From: Candidatus Bathyarchaeota archaeon
GTDB taxonomy: Archaea; Thermoproteota; Bathyarchaeia; Bathyarchaeales; Bathycorpusculaceae
DNA: 64,000 nt
Assembly (NCBI GenBank): GCA_963733095.1
Contig: CAVTBV010000006.1
Coordinates: 32,001-96,000 of the forward strand
Reading direction: 5' to 3'
Of the stretch, positions 29,715 through 38,614 are shown piece by piece. The notes beneath the pieces were generated by a model. That model did not search any database, was not told the origin of the DNA, and was given only the letters and a program-made list of their open reading frames with translations. The translations under genes and the position numbers were made by a program. How positions within the stretch are numbered: the stretch's first letter is position 1; every line of letters starts with the position of its first letter.

Positions 29715-32270
29715 ATGTCGTTAATAAAGAAAAAAACGCAACTTTCTACGATTGCTTTGATTCTACTGTTGACATTGTCTGCTACAACTCTTGTAACTGA
29801 ATTTAAAGTGCACGCACAAGTAATTGATATTCCAACATTCTTATTTGTAACCGCTTCACCTGACCCTGTAGGCGTTGGCCAAAACGTTTATGTCGGCATC
29901 ACTTTCAGCAAACCCACACCAACAGGCGCGGGTTACACAGGCGATCTCTATGAAGACATAACCCTCGAAATAACAGACCCTTCCGGAGATAAAACCACTT
30001 ACGGACCATACCTCGCAAGCCCGGTCGCAGGCGTAGTGTTTAGCTTTACACCCGATAAAGTCGGCAATTACACTTTGCAAGCCTTTTATCCTGGACAAGT
30101 ATTAACAGGCAATAATCCAAATAATCCCACCCTCAGTAGCAGTAGCCGAAATCTGATTGGCAGTAAAATGTTGCCGTCTGAAAGCAACATAAAGACCCTG
30201 ATAGTAAGGACAGAGCCAATAGAACCAATATATCAGACTCCTCCTCTTCCAACTGAATTCTGGACGCGTCCAATATATGCAACTAACTGGCAATGGGGAA
30301 CAATAGGGTCTAACTGGTTTGGAGTAGGCGGTCAAGGGGCATACGATGCTAGCGGAAACGTCTTGCCATCTGGTCCAGCACCAAACTCTGCCCATATCAT
30401 GTGGACGAAACCAACCCAATTCGGAGGCCAACCAGGATCACCCATCGCCAGCGATTCATCCACTGCTTACAGTTCGGTCTCGCTAATTCAATCGTACTTT
30501 CACCCAATATGTATCCTCAACGGAATACTCTATTACAATGTATATGACGGTAGTCCAAATTCTAACGTGTTAGGCTGGAGAGCCGTAGACGTTCACACAG
30601 GAGAAGTACTGTGGGACAAACCTGCGGGTAAATCAGGCATCGAGACAATTGCATGGGGTCAAATAGTGAACTACAATAACTATCAGGAGTTCGGATCAAA
30701 TGCATTCCTATATAGTTCGCCGGGAGCCGGCGGGGCCTTCTCCTTTGCAGCGAACTGGATGGGAATATACGATGCATATACTGGAAACTTTTTGGCAAAC
30801 GTTACTAACACTAGAACTGTATCTCGTCTACTTGATGATGAGTCAGACATACAAGGAACAATAATCGGCTACTACGTTTCTCAAGGCAACCTTTGCCTAT
30901 ACAACTACACAAGGCTACTAGCCCCATCTGGTGCTTTTGTTCGCGCAACAGGTACAATTAACGGTTCCATGCCATCGGCTACAGAGTGGCAATCGCCACT
31001 TCCAACTACATTCAACGGTGACAACATCAGCCTTAGCATTGCTGCAGTAACCCCTGAAGTAATACTTATGCGTCAAGTGCCCGGGGCGGTTTCGTATCAA
31101 GGAATGACTTTGGGCTATCAATACGTCGCAGGCTACGATGCAAAGACAGGCGCTAAACTGTGGGGACCAATAAACCAAACTCTACCCGCATATGAAGATA
31201 CAAGTGTACTTTGCGCGCGAGAGGGCTACTATGTGATGCATAACAAGGATAGGGATTTGGCTTGGGGCTATAGTCTGACAAACGGTCAATTGTTATGGGG
31301 TCCAGTTCAACTACCCGGAGGCGGTGATAGTGCTGTTTGGCGTGATGGTGAAATCGCTTATGGCAAAGTCTACATCTTCGACCTCGGAGGCTACATAAAC
31401 GCCATCGACCTTGAGACAGGAAAGATCGCATGGACATATTATGCTGGAGACGCAGGCTATGACACTCCTTTCGAAAGCTATCCAATTTTCGGCTACAATC
31501 GACATAGTATTGCAGATGGAAAACTATTCCTCTCAGAAGGCATCATGTACACTCCGCCATTACATCCGAGCTATCGACTTGCCATAAACTGCACTGATGG
31601 AAGTCTAGTATGGAAAATACTAATGTACAGCAGTACAACTAGTGGTCCTGTAGGCGACGGCTACTTGATTTCATGGAATAGCTTTGATAACCAGATATAC
31701 AGCTTCGGCATGGGACCAAGTGTCACCACAGTTACAGCGTCTCCGAAGGTTTCGGTACATGGCAGCAGCGTACTCATTGAGGGTATGGTCATGGACACAT
31801 CTGGTGGCACGACGCAGGACATAATCACAACACGGTTTGCAGATGGTCTTCCATGTGTATCTGATGATAGCATGGAAGCGTGGATGGAATACGCATACCA
31901 GCAGCAGATTAAACCGACAAACGCAACAGGCGTCCCAATCAGCATCGCGGTTATCGATTCAAACGGTAACTACCGCAGTATTGGAAACACAGTCAGCGAC
32001 GCAACCGGAGCCTACAGCCTACAATGGACACCTGATATCACCGGCAAATACACTGTCATAGCAACCTTCGCAGGCTCAAACTCATATTATGGATCATCAG
32101 CAGAAACATCGTTTGCAGTAGACGCAGCAGCAGCAACCCCAGCGCCAACTCAAGAACAAACACAATCAATGACTGATACATACTTGTTACCTAGCGTGGC
32201 AGCAATTATTGTTGCAATCGCAGTAGTCGGTATAGTGCTTGCATTGTTGATGCTAAAGAAGCGGTCATAA
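29715..32270 (+). CDS. large secreted PQQ-like beta-propeller surface protein
   Basis: signal peptide, repeated (D/T)G..LW motifs, Ig-like domains, C-terminal TM + KKRS; ATG after AAGGAG. Confidence 0.85.
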   Translation: MSLIKKKTQLSTIALILLLTLSATTLVTEFKVHAQVIDIPTFLFVTASPDPVGVGQNVYVGITFSKPTPTGAGYTGDLYEDITLEITDPSGDKTTYGPYLASPVAGVVFSFTPDKVGNYTLQAFYPGQVLTGNNPNNPTLSSSSRNLIGSKMLPSESNIKTLIVRTEPIEPIYQTPPLPTEFWTRPIYATNWQWGTIGSNWFGVGGQGAYDASGNVLPSGPAPNSAHIMWTKPTQFGGQPGSPIASDSSTAYSSVSLIQSYFHPICILNGILYYNVYDGSPNSNVLGWRAVDVHTGEVLWDKPAGKSGIETIAWGQIVNYNNYQEFGSNAFLYSSPGAGGAFSFAANWMGIYDAYTGNFLANVTNTRTVSRLLDDESDIQGTIIGYYVSQGNLCLYNYTRLLAPSGAFVRATGTINGSMPSATEWQSPLPTTFNGDNISLSIAAVTPEVILMRQVPGAVSYQGMTLGYQYVAGYDAKTGAKLWGPINQTLPAYEDTSVLCAREGYYVMHNKDRDLAWGYSLTNGQLLWGPVQLPGGGDSAVWRDGEIAYGKVYIFDLGGYINAIDLETGKIAWTYYAGDAGYDTPFESYPIFGYNRHSIADGKLFLSEGIMYTPPLHPSYRLAINCTDGSLVWKILMYSSTTSGPVGDGYLISWNSFDNQIYSFGMGPSVTTVTASPKVSVHGSSVLIEGMVMDTSGGTTQDIITTRFADGLPCVSDDSMEAWMEYAYQQQIKPTNATGVPISIAVIDSNGNYRSIGNTVSDATGAYSLQWTPDITGKYTVIATFAGSNSYYGSSAETSFAVDAAAATPAPTQEQTQSMTDTYLLPSVAAIIVAIAVVGIVLALLMLKKRS

Positions 32271-32322
32271 AGACAAACAAAAATAGTTTCCTCTTTTCCC
32301 CTTTTTTAGTTCGTCTAGAATA

Positions 32323-32637
32323 TTGGAAAAAAAACATAGGTTGAGAGAAACATTGGAAAAACTGAAAACGACATTGCCGTTTAAAGTAGATAATCAAGTG
32401 CCTTCTGCTTTGGAGGTTCATGGTTCTAAACGAATTAAGCCTAGAGCTCTCGTGTTCAAAGCGCATGATGATGATCTTCATAAAATTAAAGAATTGATAG
32501 AAACGCAGTTTCCCGATGTTGAGCTCCTCTACGTTACGACTGGTCCTGCTAAGGGTTTTCTTCACGTTACTAAATCGATGCCTTTTGAATTGCAAGATTC
32601 TTCTGGGAATCCATTTTATAGTGTTGAGGGGTTGTAG
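32323..32637 (+). CDS. hypothetical protein
   Basis: 104-aa ORF next to the integrase remnant. Confidence 0.5.
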   Translation: MEKKHRLRETLEKLKTTLPFKVDNQVPSALEVHGSKRIKPRALVFKAHDDDLHKIKELIETQFPDVELLYVTTGPAKGFLHVTKSMPFELQDSSGNPFYSVEGL

Positions 32638-32781
32638 ATTTCTTTCAGTTTCTTGCCTGAACAAAAACCGTTTTTGCTTCTCTTTTTAGTTAGGAAAATG
32701 CGTTGTTGAAGAGTTGGGGTTGGGTAGGCTCGGGTTAATTTAACGAAGTCAATCAGAAAAGAGTTTAGCATTTCTGATAAA

Positions 32782-33237
32782 ATGCCGCCTGAAACCATAA
32801 CTGACGACTCCCCACTAATCCGAGATGAAACCCGCAGAAAACCCAAAGGTATCAGCACAAAACAACTAAGAAAAACCGTCCACGACCTTTGCGTCAAGGC
32901 AGGCTTCATTAAACCTAACAAAACTGTAACCATGTATAATCTCAGAGTCCACAGTATTCGCAAATACTTTAAAACTCAAATGCTTGCTTTAGGTGTACAA
33001 CCCGATTACGTTGACTACTTTATGGGACACACTGTTGATACTTATCACGATATTCAAAGCTTAGGCATCGACAGAATGCGATCCATTTATGCCGCTGCCG
33101 GATTCGCAATAGGAAAGAAAACCCAAATCAGCAAACTTGTGGGCAACATATCAGCAGTTGGAGAAATTGAGAATCATCAGTTATCGGTTCTCACGGTGCA
33201 ACTTAGGGATATACTTCGCAAAGCCGCGGAGACGTAA
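32782..33237 (+). pseudogene. tyrosine recombinase/integrase C-terminal remnant
   Basis: HSIRK (HxxR) and FMGH...TY catalytic motifs; N-terminal part absent; ends 16 bp from the tRNA 3' end. Confidence 0.85.
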
Positions 33238-33253
33238 AAATGCTTATCTGGAA

Positions 33254-33377
33254 TGGTGCTACGGGCAGGATTTGAACCTGCGAACCCCTGAGGGAAAGGA
33301 TTTCCCATCATAGGGCCTTGCTGGCCAAATGTTTGATCTTGAGTCCTTCACCTTTGACCTAGCTTGGTTACCGTAGC
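33254..33377 (-). tRNA. tRNA-Leu(CAA) with a 36-nt BHB intron (33302-33337) and encoded CCA
   Basis: GCTACGG/CCGTAGC acceptor stem, AAGGA-CTCAAG^A-TCCTT anticodon arm, long variable arm, GGTTCAAATCC; CUCA:UGGG central helix flanked by 3-nt bulges. Confidence 0.95.
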
Positions 33378-33474
33378 ACACGTTTCGGATAGAAAACTGT
33401 CTGCTTCTATCTTATTAATCATTTCCCGTCTACCGCAAAAGTAAAACACTCATCCAACGATACATTACGCAAGC

Positions 33475-34383
33475 ATGCAAACCCACCACAAGGTAATCCT
33501 TGGAAATAGCCAACAAATGACTGAAATCTCCAGCGGTAGCGTCGAGTTGATGGTGACTTCGCCACCATACCCCATGATTGCGATGTGGGATGAGCTTTTC
33601 TTTAAGGCTGACCCAAATATTGCAAGTTTGTTTCAAAAACTTGATGCAGATAGTGGCGACGGAATTGCGAGACAAATCTACACTGCAATGCATAACTATT
33701 TAGCTAAAGTTTGGGCTGAAACCTACCGTGTCCTCCTCGACGGCGGTATAGCATGCATAAACATCGGTGACGCAACCCGAACAGTAAACGGCAGATTCCA
33801 ACTCTTCCCAAACCACAGCCGAATCATCGAAGTCTGCGAAAAAATTGGCTTCACAACGCTACCCTATGTTCTATGGAAGAAACCCACCAACAAACCTTCT
33901 TACAAGGGCAAGGGTGCTTTTTTGGGTTCAGGTTTCCTTCCCCCGAACGCTTATGTTACGCTGGATTGTGAGTTTATTCTGGTTTTTAGAAAAGGGAAGC
34001 TGCGAAAATTTGAACCCAAAGATGTGTTGAGGTATGAGAGTGCTTTCACTAAGGAGCAAAGGGATGAATGGTTTAGCCAAATCTGGTCAGTAAAAGGAAC
34101 GCGGCAAACTGCCAGCGAACTGGAACGCAGAACCGCCGCTTACCCTCAAGAAATCGCTGAGCGCCTAATCCGAATGTTCAGTGTCAAAGGCGAAACCGTA
34201 CTCGACCCGTTTTTGGGCTCAGGAACAACCACAAAAATCGCCATGCAAAATGAACGCAACAGCATCGGATACGAAACAGACCCAAATTTGTTACCTTTAA
34301 TAAACAAAAAAACAGACAACAGTACGGTACAAGGGGCATGGCTAGAAATAATCAAACGCCTAGAAAACTTTGAAAAATTTTAA
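33475..34383 (+). CDS. beta-class N4-C/N6-A DNA methyltransferase
   Basis: VTSPPY motif IV precedes VLDPFLGSGTT motif I; SPPY suggests m4C. Confidence 0.9.
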   Translation: MQTHHKVILGNSQQMTEISSGSVELMVTSPPYPMIAMWDELFFKADPNIASLFQKLDADSGDGIARQIYTAMHNYLAKVWAETYRVLLDGGIACINIGDATRTVNGRFQLFPNHSRIIEVCEKIGFTTLPYVLWKKPTNKPSYKGKGAFLGSGFLPPNAYVTLDCEFILVFRKGKLRKFEPKDVLRYESAFTKEQRDEWFSQIWSVKGTRQTASELERRTAAYPQEIAERLIRMFSVKGETVLDPFLGSGTTTKIAMQNERNSIGYETDPNLLPLINKKTDNSTVQGAWLEIIKRLENFEKF

Positions 34384-34427
34384 TATATGCTTTAACTATT
34401 TTCAGACGAAAAAAGGTATAAGCTTAA

Positions 34428-34745
34428 TTGGTTAAAAAAGACTCAGACAACAGAAAACCCCTGGGATTTGGTAACACTTCAAGGAGATTTGCTCATTCAA
34501 ACAGGCACCAGAAGGGTGAGATTGCTCGTGATCGTTTTGCATTTGATCAGGCTATGCAGGGGCATGATTGCCAAAAAATTCGGCGCGACGGCGATTTCGT
34601 GGTTCAGAAGCGTGATTTTTTTGGGAACAAAATTGGTGAGCCCACGACTTTTGAGGTTAAGATGGGGGATTCGAAGTTGACGGAGGCGCAGTTAGAGAGG
34701 CAGCGTCGGTTGGGGCGGAATCGTTACAGGGTTGTTCGGTACTAG
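34428..34745 (+). CDS. small putative PD-(D/E)xK nuclease
   Basis: GDFVV...FEVKMGDSKLTEAQ resembles the D..ExK..LxxxQ core. Confidence 0.55.
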   Translation: MVKKDSDNRKPLGFGNTSRRFAHSNRHQKGEIARDRFAFDQAMQGHDCQKIRRDGDFVVQKRDFFGNKIGEPTTFEVKMGDSKLTEAQLERQRRLGRNRYRVVRY

Positions 34746-34834
34746 TTTTCTGGTTTGCTTTTGGCAAGTTCCACAATCAACCTGAGCGTGTACTGGGCTT
34801 AGAACATTAAAATCAGCGAGGTACGTTCTTTGTC

Positions 34835-34878
34835 AGAGGTAGTTGTGCCTAAGAAGCTTCTTCACTACAACTACCTCT
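34835..34878. repeat. 44-bp nested inverted repeat
   Basis: AGAGGTAGTTGT / ACAACTACCTCT perfect 12-bp arms around the palindrome AAGAAGCTTCTT. Confidence 0.8.
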
Positions 34879-35247
34879 AAAAACTACAATCTGTAAAAAA
34901 CTGCTGATTTCGCTTCGACGGGAACAAAGAATCTGAATCTTCTGTTTTTGCAGGTTTCTGAGGTTTCTTCTGCCGCAATTCAGCTTTGGCTTCACACAGC
35001 TCCGAGCCGAAAAGTTTTTTTCAATCAGATGCACTATGAATGTTTATTAGCGATTCAGTTTAGACTCATAATGAATAAAAATGTTTATATGCAAGGTATG
35101 CGGCTTGTGTTTGTGCTCTTAGAAAAGTTAGTTGACCCTTTTTCGAGTTGGACCTATCCAGCATCGGAGGAAATGAAAAATTGAAAACACGCTTAACAAA
35201 AATTCACAGGCAGCATTACATGTTAAATTTATGGGAGATTTGAAAAC

Positions 35248-38200
35248 TTGACTAATGTACAAAAAGAAGATATCCATTATCTTTTGAAAACTTTCTTCAA
35301 CGAGAAAGGATTAGTTCGCCAGCACCTTGACAGCTACAACGAATTTATCGACCATGGACTCCAAGAAGTCGTAGATGAAGTAGCTGAAATTCCCATTGAA
35401 GTTCCCGAAAGCCCCTACAAGGTGAAACTTGGTCAAATCTGGGTAATTGACCCGCAATCACGCATTACAGGTCCATACGCAACTGAGGTGGATGGAACAA
35501 AACATGAAATTTACCCCATGGAAGCAAGACTACGCAACTTGGCGTATTCTGCTCCAATTGCTTTAGAAATGACTCCCGTCGTAGATGGAAGAGAACAGGA
35601 CACTGAACTTGTTTATATAGGAAATATCCCGGTTATGCTGAAAAGCAAACTTTGCTTCCTCAGCCAACTCAGCAAAGAAGAACTCATCGCGGCAGGAGAA
35701 GATCCTGATGATGCAGGCGGATACTTTGTTGTTAACGGCAGTGAACGCGTCATCGTAGCCATGGAAGACTTGGCTCCAAACCGCGTAATAGTCGACATAG
35801 ATGAAAAAGGCACCTCACCGGTTTATCAAGCAAAAATTTTCTCAACAACCGTCGGCTTCAGAGCTAGAATCGAACTTAAACTCAAATCAGACGACGCAAT
35901 CTACGTCACCATGCCGGGAGTTCCCACAGAAATCCCCTTCGTCGTCATCATGCGCGCTTTAACCATGGAAAAAGACAAAGATATCGCCGAAGCGGTTTCA
36001 CTGGACCCGGACACCCAAACTCAACTATCCGCATCATTCGAAAAAGCCATCGGCGTAGACACACCATCTGACGCCATCCTCTTTATCGGCAACCGCGTTG
36101 CCCATGGACAAGTCGAAGAATACAGGCTTCAAAAAGCAGAAACCGCCCTAGACAAAAACTTCCTCCCACACCTTGGCAGAAGCGACAAAAACCGCAAGGA
36201 AAAAGCCATATTCCTAGGTGAAATGGCATACCGCGTTATCCAACTAAAAACAGGAAGACGCCAACCAGACGATAAAGACCACTTCAAGAACAAACGACTA
36301 AGACTTGGTGGTCCATTGCTAGCTGATTTATTCCGCGTTTCATTCCGCAACTTAACACGGGACATTAAATACCAGCTTGAACGCATCGGCGTTAAAGGCC
36401 CAATCATAACCGTCTCCGCAGCTGTGCGACCGGGAATTATCACTGAACGTTTCCAGCATGCACTGGCCACAGGTAACTGGGGAAGAGGCCGAGTCGGTAT
36501 CACACAACTTTTGGACCGAACAAACTATATATCAACTTTAAGCCACCTGCGCAGGCTCCAATCACCCCTCAGTAGAAGCCAACCAAACTTCGAAGCCAGA
36601 GACTTACACCCAACCCACTGGGGACGCTTATGCCCCAACGAAACTCCTGAAGGCTCAAACTGTGGTCTTGTCAAAAACCTCGCACTATCAGCCTCAATCG
36701 CTGTAGGAGTAAACCCGGACAAAATTAAGCAGCTTCTCTTTGAAATGGGCACGGTGCCAGCATACGAATCCTCCACCGACTTGCGCATTTCAGGCGCCAA
36801 AGTCTTCGTTGACGGCAACATAATAGGCTACTGCAACAACCCGCAAGAGATGGTGCAGTCTTTCCGCCAGAAACGCAGATCAGGAGAAATATCAACCGAA
36901 GTTAACGTAACTTACTTCTCTAAAGCCCAAACTGAGACCGAAGAAGTCCACGCAAACTGCGACGAAGGCAGAGTCAGACGCCCACTCATCATAGTTGAAA
37001 ACGGGGTTGCAAAACTCGGCTCCAAACATTTTGAGAAAATCGGACTTGGCGAATGGACTTGGGAAGACCTTGTTAAGAACGGTTTAGTTGAGTATTTGGA
37101 TGCTGAAGAAGAAGAAAACGCTTACATCGCACTCTGCTACGACGCCATTGAACCTAAATCTACACATGTAGAGATTGCAACATTCACAATTCTTGGAATT
37201 TGCGCCTCAACCATTCCCTATCCAGAACACAACCAGTCACCACGCAACTCATACCAAGCCGCAATGGCTAAACAGGCACTGGGAGTCTACGGAACAAACT
37301 TCCACCACCGTGTCGACTCACGCTCACACATCCTACACTACCCACAAGTCCCAATGGTTCAAACCGAAAACATGGATGTCATGGGTTACAAACAACGTCC
37401 CACAGGACAAAACTGTGTCGTTGCCGTGCTCAGCTTCGAAGGCTACAACATGGAAGACGCCATCATCTTCAACAAAGCATCCATCGAACGAGGCTTAGCC
37501 AGATCAACTTTCTACCGAATCTACGAAGCAGAATGCCGCCAGTACCTCGGAGGCTTAAAAGACAAATTCACTGTTCCAGAACCAGGTACAAGAGGCTACC
37601 GTGGTGAACAATACTATCGTTTACTTGAACCCGACGGCATAATCGGCTTAGAATCCCAAGTTGTCGGTGGCGACGTCTTAATCGGCAGAATCAGCCCTCC
37701 AAGATTCCTTGAAGAATACAAAGAATTCGAAGTTAAAGGCCCCTCAATGCGTGACACATCAGTAGACATGCGCCCCTCCGAAACAGGCATCGTTGACGGA
37801 ATATTCGTAACGATGTCGGGCGAAGGAAGCCAACTTGTCAAAGTCCGCGTCAGAGACCAAAGAGTCCCAGAACTCGGCGACAAATTCGCTTCACGCCACG
37901 GACAGAAAGGAGTCATCGGATTAATCGTTCCCCAAGAAGACCTACCCTTTACAGAAGACGGCATAGTCCCAGACCTAATAATCAACCCACACGCAATCCC
38001 CTCAAGAATGACCATCGGACAATTCATCGAATCACTCTCAGGGAAAGCCGCATGCGCAAGAGGCAAACCAGGCGATGGCACACCGTTCTCAAACGAAGGC
38101 CCCGACGAAGTACGCAAAAACCTAGTCAAACTCGGTTTCAGCCAAACCGGCAGCGAAGTCTTCTACAACGGCGCAACAGGCGAAAAATTCGTTGCAGACG

Positions 38201-38613
38201 TATTCGTTGGAATCGTCTACTACCAAAAACTCCACCACATGGTTGCTGATAAAATCCATGCCAGAGCCCGCGGTCAAGTACAAATGCTCACACGCCAGCC
38301 AACTGAAGGACGCGCTCGGGGTGGAGGTCTACGTTTCGGAGAAATGGAACGCGACTGCCTCATCGGACACGGAGCCGCCATGCTATTACGAGACAGACTA
38401 CTGGAAGAATCTGACAAATACACTCTCTATATCTGCGAAAACTGCGGACAAATCGCTTACTTCGACATGAAGCAAAGGCGTTATGTCTGCAAGATATGCG
38501 ACGAGAAAGCAAAGATTGCACCAGTCATCGTATCTTACGCTTTCAAGCTTCTGCTGCAAGAACTGCAGAGCTTATGCATCACACCAAAATTAAGGCTAAA
38601 GGAGAAGGCATAA
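35248..38613 (+). CDS. rpoB: DNA-directed RNA polymerase subunit B (undivided Rpo2)
   Basis: GYFVVNGSERV, CPNETPEG, GYNMEDA, GDKFASRHGQKG and GLRFGEMERD motifs; C-terminal zinc ribbon. Confidence 0.98.
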   Translation: MTNVQKEDIHYLLKTFFNEKGLVRQHLDSYNEFIDHGLQEVVDEVAEIPIEVPESPYKVKLGQIWVIDPQSRITGPYATEVDGTKHEIYPMEARLRNLAYSAPIALEMTPVVDGREQDTELVYIGNIPVMLKSKLCFLSQLSKEELIAAGEDPDDAGGYFVVNGSERVIVAMEDLAPNRVIVDIDEKGTSPVYQAKIFSTTVGFRARIELKLKSDDAIYVTMPGVPTEIPFVVIMRALTMEKDKDIAEAVSLDPDTQTQLSASFEKAIGVDTPSDAILFIGNRVAHGQVEEYRLQKAETALDKNFLPHLGRSDKNRKEKAIFLGEMAYRVIQLKTGRRQPDDKDHFKNKRLRLGGPLLADLFRVSFRNLTRDIKYQLERIGVKGPIITVSAAVRPGIITERFQHALATGNWGRGRVGITQLLDRTNYISTLSHLRRLQSPLSRSQPNFEARDLHPTHWGRLCPNETPEGSNCGLVKNLALSASIAVGVNPDKIKQLLFEMGTVPAYESSTDLRISGAKVFVDGNIIGYCNNPQEMVQSFRQKRRSGEISTEVNVTYFSKAQTETEEVHANCDEGRVRRPLIIVENGVAKLGSKHFEKIGLGEWTWEDLVKNGLVEYLDAEEEENAYIALCYDAIEPKSTHVEIATFTILGICASTIPYPEHNQSPRNSYQAAMAKQALGVYGTNFHHRVDSRSHILHYPQVPMVQTENMDVMGYKQRPTGQNCVVAVLSFEGYNMEDAIIFNKASIERGLARSTFYRIYEAECRQYLGGLKDKFTVPEPGTRGYRGEQYYRLLEPDGIIGLESQVVGGDVLIGRISPPRFLEEYKEFEVKGPSMRDTSVDMRPSETGIVDGIFVTMSGEGSQLVKVRVRDQRVPELGDKFASRHGQKGVIGLIVPQEDLPFTEDGIVPDLIINPHAIPSRMTIGQFIESLSGKAACARGKPGDGTPFSNEGPDEVRKNLVKLGFSQTGSEVFYNGATGEKFVADVFVGIVYYQKLHHMVADKIHARARGQVQMLTRQPTEGRARGGGLRFGEMERDCLIGHGAAMLLRDRLLEESDKYTLYICENCGQIAYFDMKQRRYVCKICDEKAKIAPVIVSYAFKLLLQELQSLCITPKLRLKEKA

Positions 38614-38614
38614 C

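Larger units (their letters stand above)
23371..33274. mobile_element. decayed tRNA-Leu-integrated genomic island (~9.9 kb)
   Basis: bounded by tRNA 3'-end direct repeats; tyrosine integrase remnant at the tRNA end; AT-rich cargo and gene fragments. Confidence 0.78.

Noticed and set aside
33302-33337. tRNA intron as an unusual feature
   Set aside because: Canonical position 37/38 with a standard bulge-helix-bulge motif
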